64,000 bases of DNA from Negaprion brevirostris (Eukaryota). The position numbers and the translations under genes are program-made. Position 1 is the stretch's first letter; every line of letters starts with the position of its first letter. The notes under the pieces are model-generated. The model searched no databases. It was not told the origin of the DNA and saw only the letters and a list, made by a program, of their open reading frames with translations. The stretch lies in assembly GCA_030324005.1 (NCBI GenBank), contig JARDVH010000073.1, forward strand, positions 28,594,072 through 28,658,071, given 5' to 3'. Below, piece by piece: positions 36,791-50,748 of the stretch.

Positions 36791-38051
36791 AGCAAGCACA
36801 CGAGTGATGGCTGAACAGGAGTTGGTGTGAGTTATGATACAGGCAGGAAAGTTTTGGATGAATACACTTTTTGTAGCATGGAAAATGGGAGGTTGGCCCA
36901 TGTTATAAACTGAATGAATCTGATGTTCTTGAATCAGGAAGTTATAGTTTCAAATCCCAATCTAAAATATTAACACATAATTTAGATTAACATTTCAGTT
37001 GCCTCATGTTTGGTGGGACAAAACTTTCCTGGATTGCAGAAATTACCTTAAAATTTTCATTGCAGTCTGTGCTGATGGCAACATGCGCTAAAATGTCCTG
37101 TCAGGCACATTTGTCTATACCAGACAGTAAAAACTGGCAAAATAAGTGCAAATATGACACAACCAATGGAACTAATAAAAGCTAGCTTCAGTCTGCTTCC
37201 TTTGCCCTTTAGTTTGAGACCTTCTTGCCTCTGATATTCCTCTTGCATCCCGATGCAGAGCAATATTTCGGCCCTTTAGAAATGCCTTTCCAGCTGCCTA
37301 TTCCTTTGAACTGATGCTGGGTTGAAGTCTGGTTCACTGTTGTGTACTTTGGTGATTTATGACCCAAGAGTGAAAGAATTATGGAAACTATATCCTGCTC
37401 ATTCACATGTTGGATGCAGAATAAACTATTTTATTGGCAACATTACACGAGAATGCTTTTTGGTCTATTTTCTAGAAAGACATGATGACAGATGAGATTA
37501 TAGTATCTGTTCCCCTCAACAAGAGATTGTATTGTTACAATCTTTCAGATGATGTTATTGTTTAACTAAATCTTGTGCAATTAAAATGTTCTGTTGGTGG
37601 TAGGAAACACCAGTATGCTTATGGGAGTGGCAGGTGATGCAGAATTTGTGATGATTACTATAAACAGTTCAAATGGTCACTCATTGATAATTTGGAGATT
37701 TTATTGTTGTAAATTTGTTGCTATGTTTGCTTACATAACAAAAAGGATTGTATTTGAAGTGTTGTGAAATAATCCATTATGAAGGACTAAAAGATGCTAT
37801 AAACTCTAGATATATTTTATCATCAGTTTCTGGGATGATCACTGTCATCGCTCTCATTTATATCCCCTTCCTTGAGCAAGGTATATTGTTGTTGAGGACA
37901 TTATGACTCTCCTCGCTTTAATGAATTCGGAAGACTACAGAATGTACACAGCTGTTCCAGAAGTTTGGCAACCACATCAGTGTCCTTGTTACTGAAAATT
38001 ACTTCTGTTTTTTTCTTCAAATTCTTGAAGTCCAAGTTTTGTGTACAATAC

Positions 38052-38280
38052 TATCATAGAATCCCGGCAGTGCAAGGAGGAGCCCATTCAGCCCATCAAG
38101 TCTGCACTGACAACAATCCCACCCAGGCCCTATCCCCTTCAACCCACATATTTACCCTGCTAGTCTCCCTGACAGTAAGGGGCAATTTAGCATGGCCTAA
38201 CAACCTAAGCTGGACATCTTTTGGCTGTGGGAGGAAACCGGGGGAAACCCACGCAGACACAGCGACAACGTACAAACTCA
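38052..38280 (-). mobile_element. HE1-type SINE, 5' truncated
   Basis: catagaatccc...ggggcaatttagcatggcc...gaaacccacgcagacac. Confidence 0.85.
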
Positions 38281-38769
38281 ATGGAGGATGCTATCCAGTT
38301 TTTTTTCTCTGTTAGCTTTCCATGACGTCTAAAATTATATAGATTTCCATTGATAAATTCTTAATTTTTTTTGCAGACGAACAAATCATTTAAAAAAAAC
38401 TCTACCTGTTGGTATATTGCCATATGGTGACCTACATAGTTTCTGCTGTTGTTTTCTCAAATGTTTAATTATGGGATCATTCAGCTTGGGTCATTTTCTG
38501 ATCATGGATGAGCTACTCTGCTCCCATTTGGTGCTAAACTGCAAGTGCAGTAGCTGTGGAGTCTTGACAGCTGCTGCTGCAGTGTCATGCGATCAGAAAT
38601 ACTGGAAGATAAGACATCCAGCACAGGGGAGTGCAGGCACTGTATGAGAGAAATGATGTTGGCGGGGTTATTGTGTCAGGAAATATAGGAGCCAGAAACA
38701 TGGAAAGGAATAATTTATGAGTTGACTGTTCTTTTGGCAGATGTCCAATTGCATGTGATGTTTGTCGTG

Positions 38770-39775
38770 GTATGAATTTTATAGCACGTGCTAGTTGTTA
38801 GAGAATACCCAGTTTTGGGTAAGTATCCTGAAGTAAAACAAATGGCAGGAAGAAAGCTGGCACACAATCTGCCAATTCCTCTCTGGCTCATGAGCAGAAG
38901 GAGGAGGGATCAGATGGGGAGGGTGAAATGCGAGGTATACTCGAATGGGCTTGGAGTGGAAACGCGCAAACGTATAGCGTGTTGAGCTGCAGGCACAGAT
39001 CGTCACATGGCATTATAATTTAATAATGAAAAATAGTGGTTGAAACAAAGGAAGGATTAGGAATTGATAGGGATAGGGGAAAAAGGGAGGGGCTGGCAGT
39101 GTCACACTGCTGGAAAAGGATGTCCTTGAGGGTTTGAAAGCAATCCATATGGTGAGAATCCCAGAACAATAGGGGAGCTATTCTGCTACTTAGCAAAGGC
39201 AAACAAATAGTGGGAAAGAGAGCAGAAAATTTGCAATCACGGTACAGAAAGGTGCACGAATTGTAGAGAAGAGACAATCAGGATTTCAATTATTCTAACA
39301 TAGACTAGAGAAAATATCTCTTGAGGACAACGAGGGGGGAGAATTCCTGAAATGTGCACAAGGGAACTTCCTTGATCGGTATCTTTTCAGCTCAACAAAA
39401 AGCTGGACTGGATCTGATTCTGGAGAATGAAGTGGGGTGAGTGGATTTTTTTTTTAACTTAATCATTTGTGGAGGTAGGCGTCACTGGCAAGGCTAATGT
39501 TTGTTTCCTTGCCAATGGAGGAACATCTGGCAAACAGTGATCGCAATACCATTAGATTTAGAATACTTTTGGAGAAGAACAAAGAGCAATCAAACATGAA
39601 AATGCTGAACAGGACAGAATTTTTTCCAACTGAGTTGGAATCAGGTAAAACAATAAATGAGTTGTGGGAGGCCTTCAAAGGGGAACGTAGTTTGGATGCC
39701 GACTAGACACACTCCCGTAAGGGATGAAAAAAAGGCACTCAAAGATTGAGTTCCCCAGTTGGCTCAAGATTTTGA
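38770..39775 (+). mobile_element. CR1 ORF1-end / ORF2 endonuclease remnant
   Basis: EEHLANSDRNTIRFRI (~HLGNSDH motif); gatttcaattat (DFNY); INELWEAFKGE. Confidence 0.65.
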
Positions 39776-39904
39776 TTGCTCAGTTGGGCTCTGTTCCTCC
39801 CATAGTTTTGGTGTCACACGTGCTATTTTGATTCCAGGATGGTATTTGTGCACTTCTGGCATGGCCCATGCTGAATGCCATCTTGATGGGGCATTAGCAC
39901 AGGT

Positions 39905-40205
39905 TTAAAGTTTCTTTATTTGTGACACAAGTAGGCTTACATTAGTACTGCAATGAAATTACTATGAAAATCCCTTAGCTGCCACATTCCGGTGCCTGTT
40001 TGGGTACACTGGGGGAGAATTTAGCATGGCCAATGCTCTTAACCAGCATGTCTTTTGGATGGAGAGAGAAAACTGGAACACCTGGAGGAAACCCATGCAG
40101 ACACGGTGACAATGTGCAGACTCTGCATGGACAGTCACCCAGACTCGGAATCGAACCCAGGTCCCTAGTGCTGTGAGGCTAACCACTGTGTCACTGTGCT
40201 ACCCT
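39905..40205 (-). mobile_element. V-SINE with type-B tail
   Basis: Collinear with 24730-25027 and 34536-34835. Confidence 0.85.
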
Positions 40206-40469
40206 CTGTTAAGAGAGTGTGCTGGAAGTATGCAGAGCAAACAGATCATAGCAATCAGTGTGGATTGCTGAAATTATGTCACTACAGCCATTTTTGACCC
40301 CACCACTTCAGCTATAACACCCTCTTAAATGTGCAGAGTTGAACACGCGTTCAGTAGCAGGAAGGATTTCTTCCCCTTGCTCTCAGTTTTTTTAAAAAAT
40401 TCACCTCTTCAAAGTTGTAGAAGCACATTCCTACAACAAAGTTAACAGGTTCTCTTTACAGCAGGAGAC

Positions 40470-40930
40470 AGGAGTTCATGGTATTCTCCCTGATTGCTTC
40501 ACTCCTCTCCAATGTTCATGGGGCTTTGATGTGGCCCAGGGTGCAGTTGAGTGACAAAGCTGCCCACTTGATGAACACCTCTTCCACAAATATTCACTCC
40601 CTTCATCAGGGGAACACTGTGGCAGTGCTGTGCAGCATATACAAGTTGCAATGCAGCAACTCAGCAAGATTCCTCCAACAGCAACTCCCAACCCTACAAC
40701 CTCTACATTTTTTCAAGACAAGACACTCTGATCAGAGTCAGTGCAGACTTGATGGGCTGAATGGCCGCCTTCTCCCCAGTAAGGATTCTGTGACTCTTCC
40801 TCTGATAAGGAGACCAAAACTGCGCACACTATTCCAGATGTGGCCTCACCAAGGCCCTGTATAGTTGCAGCAAGGTATCCCTGCACCTGCTCTTGACTCC
40901 TCCTGCTATGAAGGCTAACCCTCTTTACCA
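40470..40930. mobile_element. Composite of CR1/L2-group 3' fragment, HE1/CR1 tail and minus-strand CR1 fragment
   Basis: aatattcactcccttcatca...; gtgcagacttgatgggctgaatgg; gaccaaaactgcgcacactattccagatgtggcctcacc. Confidence 0.65.
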
Positions 40931-41783
40931 CCTACTGCAGCTTAGGATCCAGATTGTACCTGCTACACCTCCCCAGAACTTATCTCAGGAATCTGAACAC
41001 CTTCCTCCCTCCTCGCCCCACACTCTCTTCAGCCACATATATATCCAGAATATCCTGCTGTTTCTATTCTGGCTAGCACATGAGATTGCTACCTTTTGAG
41101 GTCCTATTTTTCAACTTTCTTCCTAACTCCCTATAATCTTTTAGCACCAAATCTCTATGTTGTTTGTACCAATGTGTACCATAGTCAGGATATACACCCC
41201 TGATTCATGATCTGCTGTATTTTCCACACCCTGGCCTTCATGGTGTCATCGTGCTTACAACAGTTAGCAGTCCAGAAGGAGGAGAAAAAGGATAAGAAAG
41301 ACACGGAACTGTGGTGTTGCATTGGAAACCCTGGAGTCGTCTTTGACCCGTTGTCATTCCCTATTCTTCCTTTTGCTCAGAATGTCTTCTGCAGCTAATT
41401 CGAGCGCCTAATGCAGGTCAGCTTTAAGTGGTACCAGCCTTACACACTTGAACCTGTTGCTGATGTGCACAGCTATTCAATACTGTTCACTGCTGGGCTT
41501 TCATTTAAATTACCAGGCAGTTTGCATCGCTCTGAATGGACATGGGTTAATCAAGCTTTGAGATATGCGTGCCTGTTTTTTGGTCTAATCTAATGTTTCC
41601 TCATAATCTTTGAAAGGCGCATTTGTTGGAATACAACATTACTGCTTTCTCAGACAATAGAAGCACATAGTATTAAAGGCACAGTCATAACTTGGGTTTG
41701 CAATTGACTACAGGCTAGATTACTCCATTCAAAAAAAAATCACTCATTCCCCTGTACTTTTTGAAAAGAATGCAGTGGGCTCT

Positions 41784-42682
41784 TGTTATGAACCATGTAT
41801 AATTTTTGAATGTATATTTGTATGTTATTGAAGGATGAAATTAAAAGGTAAAAATGGATTGGTTTCATTTCAGATTTGTTTTTGAACCTTGGTGCCTGGG
41901 GGTCTGAATAGACTTGATTTGCTTATATATATGTTTTTAACGAGGTCTTACAACCCCTGAAGTTGATGGGTTTAAGGGGGTTGAAAGATTGGCAATTCTG
42001 AAAAATGAAAATAAGTAGAAAAGCTTTACTGTTGCCTGGTGACAGTGATTCAGTAACACAGATATGACAAGATATGAGAGAGGTGTTGCTCAGTGAGTGT
42101 CAGAGGGATTTCAAGCTCTCTGAGAAGGAAAACTGCAAGGCTAGTAGGACAATAATTAACGAATAATCAATGATGTGACTTAGTAAAGGGATTAGTTTAG
42201 TAAAGGTGCTACTGGAAGACTTGAGTTGCAAGAACTCATTTGTTTGCTCTGTAGTTGAAGAAAATGAGTTCAGAGTGCAGTTTTTCATGGTCTCGGGGAG
42301 AGATAGGAGTTGGGTGAGAAGCATCAAGTGAATGTTTAGGAATTTGCCAGAAGAAAACTGTTTGCAAGTGTGCCAGTCCCAAGTGAGGAACCATTGTCAA
42401 GCTAGTGGTTATCCTTCACCGGTTTCTGTGTGTGTCAAGATATTGCTGGGGTAAAAGAGCGGTGTGAATTTGAATCATCATCTTGTGTTTGTATTAAGCT
42501 CTTTCTAACCTTGTCATCTGATGTAATATAGTTCATTTTTCTTTTAAAAATATTTTATTCTTTGTATTAAAAGTTTGTCAGCAAACTCCTGTGAATTTGT
42601 TTAGTAACTTTCATCTACTATGAAGCTAGGTTTCTCTATGGATCTGGATTGTCCAGCATTAACAGCCACTGGGATTGGAGCA
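41784..42682 (+). mobile_element. Solo-LTR-like element
   Basis: Begins TGTTATG and ends ...CA, ~900 bp, no ORF; 3' end resembles 1270-1430. Confidence 0.45.
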
Positions 42683-42759
42683 TTGCTTGCCTTATTACAT
42701 AAAAAATGACCCAAATTGGGGTTTAGAGAATACAGTTTTTAAGCTTGACCAGGACTTGG

Positions 42760-44550
42760 CATATTAAACAGTGAGCACGATAGTAGCAGACTTTAAGAGA
42801 ACACCAGCAGATTGATGACGTGGGCAGACATATGGCAGATGGAATTTAATGCAGTTAACTGTGTAGTGAATGGAGAGACAGCATAATCTGAGTGGCACTT
42901 TTTTTTTTTTGAAGAGAGTGCATGAACAGAGGAATATAGGGCTTGCATGTTCAGTAATCTTTTGAAGATGCCAGGGCAATTTGATAAGTCAGGTTGGAAA
43001 GCACATGGAATACCTGGCTTTATGAATGAAGTGTTGAATACGAAAACAAGCAAATCATGCCAGATCTTTACAAATTGTTGGCTGGGACTCAGTTGGAGAA
43101 TTGTGTATCATTCTGGACACCTCACTTTAGAAAGAATTCAAGAGGATGTGGACAAGGTCTATCAGGACAATACCAGGAATGAAGGTCTTCTGTTATGTGA
43201 AGAGATTGGGGAAACTGATTGTTCTAATTCAAGGTGATTAAGAAATCATGTAACATCTTGCCTTTGTTGACTGGGGCACTGAGTACAAGAGTTGGGAAAT
43301 CATGTTGCAGCAACATAAAATCTCGGTTCGGCCTTATTTGGAGTATTGCACGCAATTCTGGTCACCACGTTATCAGAACGATGTAGAAGGTTCACCAGGA
43401 TGTTGCTTGGTCTTGAGGGTATTGGCTCTGAGGAGAGGTTGAATAAACCTAGGATTGTATTCGCTGGAAAGTTGGAGGCTGAACAGAGACCTGATAGAGG
43501 CCTACAAAATTATGAGAGGCACAGACAGGATGGATTGTCAGAGGTTTTTTTTCCAAGGGTGGAATTGTCAACTACAAGGGGGCACAGGTTCAAGGTGAGA
43601 GGGAGAAAGTTTAAGGGAGTTGTATAGGGGAAGCTTTTCATGCAGCAAGTGGTGGGCGCCTGGGACACACTGCCGGAGGGTGTGGTGGAAGCAGGCACAG
43701 CAACATTGAAGAGGCATCTGGATGGGTCCATGGATAGGAAGGAAATAGAGGGACATGGACTAAGTGAGGGTAGTAGGGTTTTTTCTTTAAGTTAGGGCAT
43801 TGTGGCACAGGTTTGGGGGGCTGAAAGGCCTGTACCTATGCTGTACTCTTCTTTGTTCTTGTTCAACCAGAGAAGGTTAACGGAGAACCAAATAGTTGTA
43901 CTCAATTTTGAGTGTTTTGATGGAGCAAGTAGTGAAAGACACTTTCAACTGGCAAGTGGGTTGGCATCCAGAGGTCATAGATGAAAATAATTGATAAAAG
44001 TAGAGTTAAATAAGAGAAGAAATTTTCCAAGAAGGTTAAAATCCAGAACATACTGCTTGAAAAGGTAGAGACTTTCAGAAGCTAAACACATATGTCTTTG
44101 AAGGGAACNNNNNNNNNNNNNNNNNNNNNNNNNNNNNNNNNNNNNNNNNNNNNNNNNNNNNNNNNNNNNNNNNNNNNNNNNNNNNNNNNNNNNNNNNNNN
44201 NNNNNNNNNNNNNNNNNNNNNNNNNNNNNNNNNNNNNNNNNNNNNNNNNNNNNNNNNNNNNNNNNNNNNNNNNNNNNNNNNNNNNNNNNNNNNNNNNNNN
44301 NNNNNNNNNNNNNNNNNNNNNNNNNNNNNNNNNNNNNNNNNNNNNNNNNNNNNNNNNNNNNNNNNNNNNNNNNNNNNNNNNNNNNNNNNNNNNNNNNNNN
44401 NNNNNNNNNNNNNNNNNNNNNNNNNNNNNNNNNNNNNNNNNNNNNNNNNNNNNNNNNNNNNNNNNNNNNNNAGCCAAGGTCTTATTGAATGGCAGGGCAG
44501 CCTTGAAGGGCCTGGTGGCATTCTCCTAGTTCTATTTCTTGTGTTCTTCC
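42760..44550 (+). mobile_element. Old CR1 with a younger CR1 3' fragment (43255-43860) nested in it
   Basis: Two successive LEYC.QFWSP-type regions; the younger tail ends ...ctgtactcttctttgttct, then the older element resumes at gagaaggttaacggaga. Confidence 0.8.
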
Positions 44551-45084
44551 CTTAGTTAATATATGTTTGCTTCCATGTTTCATTTTGGGCTGTGCTCAAA
44601 GCTTTGTCGCTATTAATCCTGACATGGTGAAAAACAGATACAAAGAATGATCTGGAGTGATTTTTAATCATTCTAGGGATGTGATCTTTATTCTAAGAAT
44701 GATTAAGAAATAGTTATCTAAAGCCACCTGACAGAAGGCTCACAATAATGAATGACTGGTATGGTGCAAGATTGCATTTTTTAGCAAGTAACATCTGTGT
44801 TTAAATGTCCCCTGCAGTCTTCACAGACATGCTCCGACTTCAAGGGCGTTTTGAATTTGGAAATAGAATTTGGACTTGTCAAATGTCATTCTTTATATCT
44901 CCTGATAGCCTGTATCCCAGATGAGGCTCCTTATATAATCCATACCTTAAGAGCTATTCTGTAACAACTGGCAGCTTTACTTTTACAATGTTTACACTCC
45001 ATAGAGGAAGATCAGTCTGAAATCGTGCACTAATTTGCAGTAACAGGAGATTATGGGAAATGAACATTCAAATTTTTTCCTGCA

Positions 45085-45410
45085 TCCTTTCATGGGATGA
45101 GAGTGTTGGTGGCAGAACTCGCATTTGTTGTCCATCCTGAACTGAACATTTGAGAGGGCAGTTGCATGTAGGCCAGACCAGTTAAGGGACGGCAGATTTT
45201 GTTCTGTAAAAGGACATTAGTGAACCAGATGGATGCTTACAACAAATGATGATAGCTTCATGGTCACTGTTATTAAGGTTAGCTTTTCGATTCCAGATTT
45301 ATTAATTGAATTTAAATTCCACCGGCTGTTGTGGTGGGATTTGAACCCTTGACCCCAGAGCATTAGCCTGACCCTCTGGATTACTAGTCCAGTGACGTTG
45401 CTATTATGTC
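45085..45410 (-). mobile_element. tRNA-SINE family copy
   Basis: ggacattagtgaaccagatgg...gggatttgaaccc...ctctggattactagtccagtgac. Confidence 0.8.
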
Positions 45411-47174
45411 AGATGTGTTCTTGGCTTTTTAAGTTATTTAATTTGGAATTTTAGGTGGCTGTGTCTTCAGCTGCTTAGATCTGAAAACTCGAATTTCCTT
45501 CCTACACCTCTCTATCTTGCTATCTCTTTCTGACTCTGGCTAGCTGCCCTAATATCCTCATGTACCTTGGTGACATTTACTTTACAATGTCTCTGTGAAA
45601 TGCATTATGTTTTATTACGTCAAAGGCATTATAAAAAAAACTTACTGTTCTTATTGTTAACACATTCATTTTTTCAACTGAAAATATGTCTCAAAAGCAC
45701 CCATGTCAAATAGAAACATTGTCAAGAAGAAACGTACAGTTTTCTTGTACATGCTAGTTACCCATGGGACTCTAATAATGCAAGCCATAAAAAAAAAGAC
45801 ACTTCTATATTTGATTCTTAGAAGTTGTGTTCTATTGGCAGCTCCTTGTAGTGAACCAATGTAGTGTAGCCTATTTCCAAGTGAAGGTCAAAGGCATTGA
45901 AATAACGAGGCTGTTCACATGTCAAGAAAATGCAACAAAAGTCAAATTGCTTTAAATGACTTGAGGTAAGTGGTGGTTCTGGAGTAGTTAATTTTGAGGC
46001 ATATGTTATATAATGGAAGAAAATCACTCAACAAACAGAATGACAGTTTATTTTGAAAATCCATTACAATGTGTGTTTTAACAAAGCATTTTTGTTGGCA
46101 CATGTTTGGTGACAAAGAATTCTGGGAGGATTTTTATGCGTGTTACAGAAGTCCATGGTATTTTTACTGCTGCAAATCTCCAGTGAGGGTTGAAGCGGCT
46201 GACGTTGCACCTGCATGTGTGAATAGTCTGGGGACTAGTTTTCCTTTTCAAAGTGTGCTGTGAGTCTTCACCAATTTGCACGTGGCACATAACGCAAACC
46301 AGAGAAGTGATGTTGGACCGACCTGTACTTAGGCTGTACAAAACTGAGGAATAAAATGTTGAATATCACACTAAAGTGAAGACTACAGTGTATTATATAT
46401 GAACATGTGGCTCATCATTAAAATGGGAAAACACTTTTGAATTTCTTCATTTTCTGTTGTTAATTTGACACTGCTAAACTTTATGGTTGTGTGGATGGCT
46501 GATTGTCTTCTGAACATTTCAGAATATGGAAAGTATGTCACAAACAAAGAATATCAAATGACTTTCTTCATGGTTATACTTATAATGTATTCGCATTGAT
46601 ATTTGGTGGACCAGCTGAAAAAATGATTAAACATTAAAGTACAATACCACCAGCTCACGATGAATTTGTTTCAGCTTTTCAGGTGCATGTGTGAGAATTC
46701 ATTTTGAAATGCAATCTTAATAATGTCTGCTAAACCTTCTGAATTGGTTTCTGTTTGGTGTGACAATACATATATTGCCACTTTGGCTGAAATGATGTAC
46801 ACAACTAGAAAATGGATTGACATTTATAAGCCATGGTGGGTAAGCAGCTGGGTAAACAGTGAGGTGGATGTGCTGTGGGTGAAACTAATACAACATATTG
46901 CGATGTCCATAATATCATTGATGTGATTATAATGAGTAAAAGTACCTTTATGTTACAAGCCAATGGATTAAAAATTCTGGGCATTCTATCATGTCCATAC
47001 AAGTTAAAATCTCTAACCATGGGATTTCTTTTACAAAGTAGACAATGCAATGCCTTGTCTTTCATATGTTCTCGTTCCAAGGGTTGGCACTCTGAGTAAC
47101 CTCTCCACTGATTTCTATTCTCCATTGCCTTTGCTGTCCGTCACATAGGCCAGTCCATGTTCTGCTATTATCTT

Positions 47175-47330
47175 TGATGTGGTGATGCCAGTGTTGGACG
47201 GGGGTAAACACAGTAAGAAGTCTCACAACACCAGGTTAAAGTCAACAGGTTTATTTGGCAGCACTTGGTTTATTTAGTACTGCCAAATAAACCTGTTGAA
47301 TTTTAACCTGATGTTGTGAGACTTTTTACA
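47175..47330. repeat. Family-2 fold-back repeat
   Basis: agtctcacaacaccaggttaaagtcaacaggtttatttggcag / ctgccaaataaacctgttgaattttaacctgatgttgtgagact. Confidence 0.85.
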
Positions 47331-47650
47331 GCATTTATTGCCCATCCCTAGTTGCCTTCAGAGGGCAGTTGAGAATCAACCACATTGCTGTGGCTCTGAA
47401 GTTACATGTAGGCTAAACCAGGTAAGGACAGCAGGTTTCTTTCCCTAAAGGACATTAGCGAACCAGCTGCATTTTTATAACAACTGACAATGATTTCACA
47501 GTAATCACTAGATTGTTAATTCCAGATAGTTCTTATTGAATTCAAATTCCATTATCTGCCAGATGGGATTCGAACCCAGGTCACCAGAACATTAGCTGAG
47601 TTTCTGGATTAGTAGTCCAGCAATAATACCACTGGGCCATCACCTCCCCA
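47330..47650 (-). mobile_element. tRNA-SINE family copy, near full length
   Basis: gggattcgaacccagg (B-box) ... ataataccactgggccatcacctcccc (head). Confidence 0.85.
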
Positions 47651-48299
47651 TCACTGAGGACAGAACACACAGTCCTTGAATGTTTATCCAGGTTAGAAGC
47701 AACTCACAGAATAGCACAATATAGCGGAATGACTGAATCATTAAGCATCTCGCCCAGATGTCTGCTGAGTAAGCAGAATAAGTTTGGCAAATTTTATTCG
47801 GATGTGCAGAAAGGCTGCCGTCTATTATTTGTTCCACTAGGAAGCCAATTATGGAACCAGGTTTTTGCCAATCTGCCAGGGATGATGATGCAAATGTTCT
47901 GGGTCATCACATGATGTCAATGGGAAACTGATGTAAGGAGCATGAGAGAGGGGCAACATTCTTTAAGTGGTATATTTATATCATATCTTCCTTCATGAGA
48001 AGCCCAGCATCATTTTACAGAATAATTATTTTAGGGGGTGTAATTATTTTTACAGATCATTGCAGTCATTCTAAACTAGCATCCTCCCAAGAACCACAAT
48101 AAGATGAATGCCAGTTTACTAAGTCATTCTTTTACTGAGGGAAGGAACGGGGAAAGGAGATCTGAATGCAAATAGAAATTCAACTAAAGCGGAACAGATG
48201 AAAACAAAATCTTTTGGGGAACGATAAGGAAAGGCAACAAAATAGGATGAAGACACAAATCCTCCTTAAATCTCAAGGAGGGGAATGGTGTTGATCCCA

Positions 48300-48588
48300 C
48301 TATTCCCCAAAGCCCCAGGTGCCTTGCTGCCTTCCCTCTGTTGTCATCCATTTGCACTGCAGAATGTGGGAACTCTTGGATGCCAGTATGGGCCGAGGCG
48401 AACTGTCTGTAGATTGAGGAGCCATTGAGTGAGAGGCCGAGCTGCAGACACTGCGGTGCATCAGGGACAGGGGAACGTTACCTGGGCAGTTTATTCCAGA
48501 AGACAATCACAGCTCTTGGAACAGGCTCTTCTGACTTTGTCAGTGGTCAGGGATAGGAGACACCTATAAGTACTTGAAAGGGAGAAGT
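48300..48588 (+). mobile_element. CR1 ORF1-like remnant
   Basis: cactgcagaatgtgggaactc...gagctgcagacactgcggtgcatcaggga resembles recalled shark CR1 ORF1. Confidence 0.5.
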
Positions 48589-48688
48589 NNNNNNNNNNNN
48601 NNNNNNNNNNNNNNNNNNNNNNNNNNNNNNNNNNNNNNNNNNNNNNNNNNNNNNNNNNNNNNNNNNNNNNNNNNNNNNNNNNNNNNNN

Positions 48689-48785
48689 TTGTGAGTTTAC
48701 TATCAAATAAATCAGTTGGACTAAAACCTGGTGTTGTCAGACTTTTTACTGTGTTTGCCCCAGTCTAACGCCAGCACATCCAAAC
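48689..48785 (+). repeat. Family-2 repeat arm after a 100-N gap
   Basis: caaataaatcagttggactaaaacctggtgttgtcagacttttt...ccccagtctaacgccagcacatcc. Confidence 0.75.
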
Positions 48786-50049
48786 TATAGTTTCAGAACC
48801 AAACAGGGAGAGAGAGACTGCTGCTTAGTTGTTGCTAAAAATGCTTACGACATACTTCCCAAAACAAAATTGAAAGCCCGAAGAAAAGAAAAACTGACCA
48901 GCTGACAGCTATAAATGAAACTGGAAGTCCTATCACCTGACTGCCACAGCTTAGCTACATCTCCCAATGACATTGTGAAGCTGTAAGCTGCATGATTTAA
49001 AAAAAACTTTTTTAAAGGTACACTCGCATGACACTTGTCACTTATCAACGCAAGACTGCATGTTGTATGGATCATGCTAATACTTCATTATCTGAGGAAC
49101 TATAATGGAGCATTACTTTTGCAATAAGCAGTGAACAGCCCATTTCTGACCTGATGCAGGGAAAGCTATACATTGTTTTTCAGGTTCTGTATTTCAACTC
49201 AAATATAGCTGGCTTAAATCCTGTTCCCACAAGTTGTTGGATTTGGTGTACCAAGAAGAAAAGTGAGATGTATTTTAGTACAATTGTCTCTGAAGTTTAA
49301 AAAAGATCCAATTGAGTAAACTTGACTATTTTGGTACAATAGATCCTTTTTTTGTTTTAACGAATATCTGTTGCTTGTCTCTGCTTCTCCACTGCAATTC
49401 ATTTACCAAATGTTGACTCTCTTTGGGGGGAATGCGCAAAAGAAAATTTTGAAAAATTATACCTCGTATTATTTGTCACTAAACGTTCAGAGTATATTTG
49501 AATGCTCCTCTTGGTCTATAAGCTCCTTGTGGTCCAGGTAAAGAACACTGCATTGCCATTGAGTGGAAATGCCAACAGTAAATCCATGTTTGTTTTTAAT
49601 TTATAGCCGAAAAGAAAGCCTTCAGTGTAGGAAAAAGATAACATTGGTTGCTTGTCTGTTTTACGGCGATATCCAAGGTTCAATTCATTCATGTCGTTTG
49701 CCTCTGATTGCCAACATCCTAATCCCAACAATCTGCAGCTGTTTCATCAGTGATTTTCCCTGTGTCATAAAATCAGAAATGGGGCTGTCTGTTGAATGAA
49801 GTTCTACTCCATTCATAATACCTCAGCATTAGCATGCTGTGTACAATATCCAGGCTTCGGCTGATGAGTGACAAATAATTTTGTGCTACTTGAGTGTCAA
49901 GAAATAACACCCCCAACAAGAGAGAATAACATCTTCCACATTCAATACATAATCATCATGGAATTTTCCCTCCTTCAGTATTCTGGTCTTCGCAGTTGAC
50001 CAGAAACTCAGCTGGACCATCTACCAGCATAAATCATTCTTCATTTGTT

Positions 50050-50748
50050 TGGATTTGATTTTGATTTGACTTACTATTCTCACATGTATTAATATACAGT
50101 AAAAAGCATTGTTTCTTGCATGCTATACAGACAAAGCATACCATACATAGAGAAGGAAAGGAGATGGTGCAGAATGTAGTGTTACAGGCATCAACTTAAT
50201 GATGGTAAGTCCATTCAGGAGTCTGATGGCAGCAGGGAAGAAGCTGTTCTTGAGTCGGTTGGTATGTCCTCAGACTTTGGGATCCTTTTCCTGATGGAAG
50301 AAGGTGGAAGAGAGTTTGTCCAGGATACATGGGCTCCTTGATTACGCTGGCTGCTTTTCTGAGGCAGCAGGAAGTGTAGGCAGAGTCAGTGGGTGGGAGG
50401 CTGCTTTGAGTGATGGACTGGGCTTCGTTCACAGCCCTTTGTAGTTTCTTGCAGCCTTGGACAGAGCAGGAGCCATACCAAGCTGTGATACAACCAGAAT
50501 ACTTTCTTTGCAGCTGTAAAAGTTGGTGAGAGTCATAGTGGACATGCCAAATTCTCTTAGTCTTCTGAGAAGGTAGAGGCGTTGGTGGGCTTTCTTAACT
50601 ATAGTGTCGGCATGGAGTGACCGGGACAGGTTGCTGGTGACCTGGAAACTTGAAGCTTTTGACCATTTCTACTGCATCCCCATTGATGTTGACATGGGTA
50701 TGTCCCCTACTATGCTTCCTGAAGTCAATGACTATCTCCTTCTTCATT
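50050..50748 (-). mobile_element. Rex1/Babar-type LINE 3' portion, nested in a CR1/L2-group remnant (49690-51220)
   Basis: KKEIVIDFRK...INGDAVEMVKSFKF and LRKAASVIK..HP..LF.LLPSGK are characteristic of Rex-Babar; (gattt)n tail. Confidence 0.8.
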
